53,268 nucleotides of DNA from the NCBI GenBank assembly GCA_963575745.1, contig CAUYUJ010000332.1, positions 62,001 to 115,268 on the forward strand, in the 5' to 3' direction. Position numbers and translations under genes: made by a program. The stretch comes from Prorocentrum cordatum (lineage: Eukaryota). This document shows positions 49,926 through 53,268 of the stretch, piece by piece. The notes beneath the pieces were generated by a model. The model had not been told where the DNA came from. It made no database searches and saw only the letters and a list, made by a program, of their open reading frames with translations. How positions within the stretch are numbered: the first letter of the stretch is position 1; every line of letters begins with the position of its first letter.

Positions 49926-52186
49926 ATGAGCCCCCCAAAGGCCCAAACCGAGGACAGCCGCCCGAGCTTGAAGCACAAGCGGGGGGTCGGTGGGCCCCGG
50001 CCGTCGCGCGATCTGCCAAGGCCCCGGCGTCTTCCAGATCCTTGTCCTTTTCGGCCGCGACCGCCGTGTTCATGAGCTCGTCGTCGGTCTTCTGCGTCAG
50101 GGCGCTCTGCTCGTACATCCAGTCCAGCCTCTCCACCTCAGGAGCACGAGGGGGGAGCAAGGGGGAGAAGGAAGCGGCGAGCCAGTGAACAGTACGAAGA
50201 AGATGAGGGGTGGACGATGAGGTGCAGGCGGAGGAAGGAGGACGGAGAGGTGGACGTGGGGGAGGTGTATGGAGATGGAGGACGGGGGAGGAGGGAGGAA
50301 GGAGGATGGTGGGAGGGGGAGGAGAGGGGAGAAGGAGGAGGAGGAGGATTAGGAGGAGAAGGGAGGAGGAGGAGGAGAGGAGGAGGAGGGATGGGAAGAA
50401 GAGGAGCGCATGGAGGAGGGAGGAGGCAGGAGGAGGAGGAGGAGGAGGAGGAGGAGGCGAAGAGAAGGGAAGCTCGGCTCGGTAAGCCTACACGGTTGCG
50501 GCAGTCGTGTGTGTGTGTGTGTGTGTCTATGTGCGTTGAGGAGGAGGAAGAGGCGGAGGGATGATCAGGGAGGACTTTGGAGGGGCATTCAGAATACTGA
50601 AGATGAGGAGGATGAGGAGGAGGAGGAGGAGGAGGAAGAGGAGGAGGAGGAGGATGATGCTGATGCTGATGCTGATGCTGCTGCTGATGATGATGATGAG
50701 GAGGAATACAAAGAAGAGGAGGAGGAGGAGGTGGAGGAGGAGGAAGAATAGAAGGAGGAAGAGGCGAATGAGGAACTGATCTTGATCCTTTTCCCATCCC
50801 AGAACGGTCGGTCGACGGATCGGTGCCCGTCGCCGATCGGCCTCGGTCGGTCGACGGATCAGCATTCCGGCAACCATCTCTTGTGCTCCTGCCCCCTCCT
50901 CCTGTTTCCTCCTCCGCCCTCCTCCTTTCACTTTCGTAGGTCGTCCCGTGTTCTCCGTGGGAGGAGGAGGAGGAGGAGGAGGAGGAGGAGGAGGAGGAGG
51001 AGGAGGAGGAGGACGAGGAGGAGGAGGAGGAGGAGGAGGAGAAGGAGGACAAAGAGGACTGAGGAGGAGGACGAGGAAGAGGAGAAAAACGATCGAGAGG
51101 AAGAAAAGGAGGATGTCGACGAAGACAACAAGAAGGATGAGGAGGGCCATAAGGATGGGACGAAGACAACATAAGGATGAGAAGGGCAGGGAAGGGGAGG
51201 AGGAGGAAGACGAGGATGACAAGAAGAAGTGATCAGGGAAAGCAGGACGAGGAGGATGAGATGGACGACAAGACCAGGACAAGGAGGAGGAGGGAGGAGG
51301 GAGGAGGGAGATACGCGACGGCGTGGACGTTAGGGGGAGGAGCAAGGAGAAGGAGGAGGAGGAGGAGGAGGAGGAGGAGCGAGGAGGAGGATAGGAGGAG
51401 CACGAGGGAGAGAGGAAGGAGGAGGAGGAGGAAGGAGGACAAAAGAGGACGAGGAGGGAGGACAGAGGGAAGAGGAGAAAAACGATTCGAGAGGAAGCAA
51501 AAGGAGGATGTCGACGGAGACACAAGAAGGCATGAGGAGGGCGCATAAAGGGAGGGGACGAGGGACAAACATAAGGATGAGAAGGGCAGGGAAAAGGGTG
51601 CGGAGGGGGAGGAAAGGGACGAGGATTGACAAAGAAAGCATAGTGAGTCCAGGGAAAGCGAGGCCGAGGAGGGGTGAGGGATGAGAGGACAAGACCGAGG
51701 ACAAGGAGGAGGAGAGGGAGGAGGGAGGACGGGAGATAGCGAGGGGTGGGAGGTGGCGAGGAGAAGAGAGAAGGAGGAGAGGAGGAGGAGGGGCAGGAGG
51801 AGCGAGGAAGGAGGAGGAGGAGGGACGAGGAGGAGGGGAGAGGAAGGAGGAGGAGGAGGAGGAGGATGAGGGATGATGAGGGATGATGAGGACGGAGGAG
51901 GAGGAGAGAGGAGGGGGGGATAAGGGAGAGGGGCGAGAAGCGAGAAGGAGGAGGAGGGGAGGGAGGAGGGGAGGGAGGAGGGAGGGATGGAGGGAGGAGG
52001 GAGGAGAAGGACGCGGGAGGAGGAAGAGGAGGAGGAGGAGGAGGAGGAGGAGGAGGAGGAGGAGGAGGCGTGCCGATTTCGATCGGTCGGTGGGCCCGGG
52101 TAGCGTCGGAAGGATCGCGGCGCCCCGAGCCCTCCCGCCTTGGGCCTGTCCATGATCCCCGCGGCGGCCTGCAGCTTGGAGAGCGC
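36323..52186 (-). CDS. CWC25: Pre-mRNA-splicing factor CWC25 homolog, 5'-partial; 9 exons in window (52139-52186, 50029-50136, 46405-46671, 44580-44683, 42619-42685, 42377-42421, 40315-40395, 36668-36894, 36323-36362), about 328 aa
   Basis: The manually spliced exons stay in frame and give ...ALSKLQAAAGIMDRPK-VERLDWMYEQ...DLED-VKKLGENTAGSLFLKSATKTTEDTLRKLREDPLFQIRRQEQAAKDEMLANP...K-rich, S-rich...KRLSEE-ERKEALERMRGDA...TVADRLRNQRHRRQKHLNDPLERGE*. LDWMY, GS(L/I)F, K(L/I)REDPLF.IR..E...L.NP and the C-terminal LS.EE...M..A / DR.R.N blocks match recalled CWC25 family features. The N-terminal Cir_N part is not in the window. Confidence 0.9.
36668..36894 (-). CDS. CWC25: CWC25 exon: ERKEALERMRGDAARHEALKDRK...YFKDVRAKAYGDEGATVADRLRNQRHR(R)
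   Basis: CAG|G acceptor, CAG|GC donor, 227 nt, GC3-rich codons; matches the CWC25 C-terminal helix pattern. Confidence 0.85.
37560..38970. repeat. Degenerate ACTC/CACTCA-rich tract interrupted by four diverged ~150-200-bp units (about 37830-38430)
   Basis: GTGGGRACAYTC...TCGCG...GATGTCTC pattern near 37850, 38004, 38221 and 38375. Confidence 0.6.
39540..40265. repeat. Fold-back: (GAG)n, ~60-bp arm, core, inverted arm, (CTC)n
   Basis: 39735-39798 and 40072-40140 are diverged reverse complements, extended by complementary microsatellites. Confidence 0.55.
40315..40395 (-). CDS. CWC25: CWC25 exon: AENAALIAERRDKALASRGATKRLSEE
   Basis: AAG|G acceptor, GAG|GA donor, 81 nt; ends in the LSEE motif that continues into the next exon. 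Confidence 0.8.
42377..42421 (-). CDS. CWC25: CWC25 exon: DLAHLGPSGALIDKK
   Basis: GAG|G acceptor, AAG|GC donor, 45 nt. An in-frame TGA at 42440-42442 requires the short upstream intron. Confidence 0.65.
42619..42685 (-). CDS. CWC25: CWC25 exon: (R)RGTSPPRRDEPSPPRKKPRGAE
   Basis: CAG|G acceptor, GAG|GA donor, 67 nt, phase 2-0; restores the frame between its neighbours. Confidence 0.65.
42861..43635 (+). mobile_element. Dispersed ~0.7-kb non-coding element (SINE-like), copy 1, in a CWC25 intron
   Basis: Head AACTCCTCCCTGTCGCACCCCGAGG, internal ~77-nt subrepeats, conserved 3' block ending CACTGGTCC then (CCT)n; aligns with 43781-44482. Confidence 0.65.
43781..44482 (+). mobile_element. Same element, copy 2 (head-to-tail with copy 1)
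   Basis: Shares CGGTCACGTTGATTCGCGGTGTTGAAGTCCGAGGCAC and AATGAATCCTTGTAGCGGCCCATGA with copy 1. Confidence 0.65.
44580..44683 (-). CDS. CWC25: CWC25 exon: EKKGVKKESSSSSDDSGSSAGAAVAKPPPAAARE(R)
   Basis: CAG|G acceptor, AG|GT donor, 104 nt, phase 0-2; K-rich then S-rich linker typical of CWC25. Confidence 0.75.
46405..46671 (-). CDS. CWC25: CWC25 exon: VKKLGENTAGSLFLKS...KLREDPLFQIRRQEQ...KKMKKLLKK
   Basis: Contains the REDPLF core; GAG|G acceptor, AAG|GA donor, 267 nt. An alternative in-phase GT donor exists near 46353. Confidence 0.88.
47708..47875. repeat. Fold-back (long inverted repeat) in a CWC25 intron
   Basis: TCCGCGCGGATTTCTTGAATCTGCGCTGG (47740-47768) pairs with 47809-47837 with 2 mismatches; pairing continues imperfectly outward and within the loop. 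Confidence 0.8.
50029..50136 (-). CDS. CWC25: CWC25 exon: VERLDWMYEQSALTQKTDDELMNTAVAAEKDKDLED
   Basis: Contains the LDWMY motif; GAG|G acceptor, GAC|GC donor, 108 nt. The donor could be a few codons earlier. Confidence 0.85.
52139..52186 (-). CDS. CWC25: CWC25 exon (first seen in window): ALSKLQAAAGIMDRPK
   Basis: GAG|G acceptor, AAG|GC donor, 48 nt, phase 0-0; lies directly before the LDWMY exon as expected for the family. Confidence 0.7.
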
Positions 52187-53268
52187 CTCACCGTGAGGCT
52201 GCGCGGGGAGGGGTACGACGACGACGTCAGCGATGTTCTCCTCCTCGTTGTCGTGGACCTCCTCCTCCTCCTTCTCCTCCTTCTCCTCCTCCTCCTCGTC
52301 CACCTCCTCCTCCTCCTCCTCCTTGGGGCTGCTTGGGGACGGCGACGGCGGCAACGACTTTCACCTTTTTATTGCACCGTGGGGCGAACTTGAGCGTCTC
52401 GGCTGTAGCGTTCTACGACGTTCACCTCCTCCTGCTCCTCCTCCTCCGTCTCCTCCTTCCGCCACTCGGAAATGGAACATCGACTGTTGCCCCCCCCACA
52501 CTAAGCACTTTCACGCCGAGGCTGGAGCCTCCATTCACCAAGTAACGCCCCCACCACGGATGTGGAGACCCGCCTATGCCCTAACTGACAGCCGTGACAA
52601 GCCTCCTCCTCCTTCCCGGGGGCTGCCCTGTGACGGCGACGACGGCGGCGACGGCGACAACGATCATCTCTCCTCCGCACTCCTGAAATTCCCAAGGAGA
52701 TCCCAGAGGAGGCCTCCGAAGGCATCCAGAAGCGCTAGAAAGGGTCAAGATGGCTCACGAATTGGCGGTTGAAGAGCGGTATAATATATTTTCCCTGCAA
52801 TCGGGTACGCCTGTCTCGGGGAGGATGGAACGTTTCTCCTCCTACACAGGCACGCGGGGGTATCAATGTTCAGCCCACCCTGCGACACGCGTCCCCGATT
52901 GCGGGGCAAATTCAGCTGGCACCGTTCTTCGCCCGCTGCAGAAGACATTCGGCCCCCCCCCCTCTCTGGGACCCCTGGACGGTGTCCCGAAACGAAAGCC
53001 CCCCCGTCTCTGGCGGTCCCCTGGAAGGTGATCCCCCGACGTTCCCTCCTGGAGGCCGGATGATGTCCCGTGGAAGGTCTCCTGGCAGGTCCCTGGAGCC
53101 CCCCCCCCCCTGAAGGCCTCAATTGGCCACCAGGAGGACACAATATGGCCCAAGACTGGAAAGCAGAACATCCACCCTCATACTTATCACCCCGACAAGC
53201 GGAGCCGTGTCGTAAACGCGCCCAAGGAGAAAACCGAACAAGGCGAGGCTGTTCCGTAAACGCCCAGG

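Overview
Eukaryotic, GC-rich, microsatellite-laden nuclear DNA with clear dinoflagellate signatures: spliced-leader (DinoSL) relics, and introns with mostly GC or GA donors and AG|G junctions. The repeat style suggests a Prorocentrum-like core dinoflagellate (inference only). Almost all ORFs in the supplied track are artefacts of (GAG)n, (GAT)n, (TAG)n, (TA)n and (GTC)n tracts. What I can support: (1) the 3' nine exons of a minus-strand CWC25 splicing-factor gene (52186->36323; 5' end lies beyond the window); (2) a decayed ~8 kb plus-strand non-LTR retrotransposon (~27140-35150) with the order RanBP2-ZnF ORF1-like region, RNase H, APE/EEP endonuclease, RT, C2H2 fingers, C5-cytosine DNA methyltransferase, and a C-terminal helix resembling an RPA32-binding motif; (3) a ~4 kb minus-strand retrocopy (16927->12914) that begins with a DinoSL relic, ends in an A-rich tail and splits the 3' terminus of a repeat element; (4) a family of Helentron/DINE-like non-autonomous elements (sub-terminal inverted repeat plus GCGAAGC hairpin); (5) two homologous exons of an unidentified coiled-coil gene; (6) MITE-like and SINE-like repeats, fold-backs, minisatellites and a 100-N scaffold gap. 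All domain calls come from manual translation and recalled motif consensus; no searches were run.
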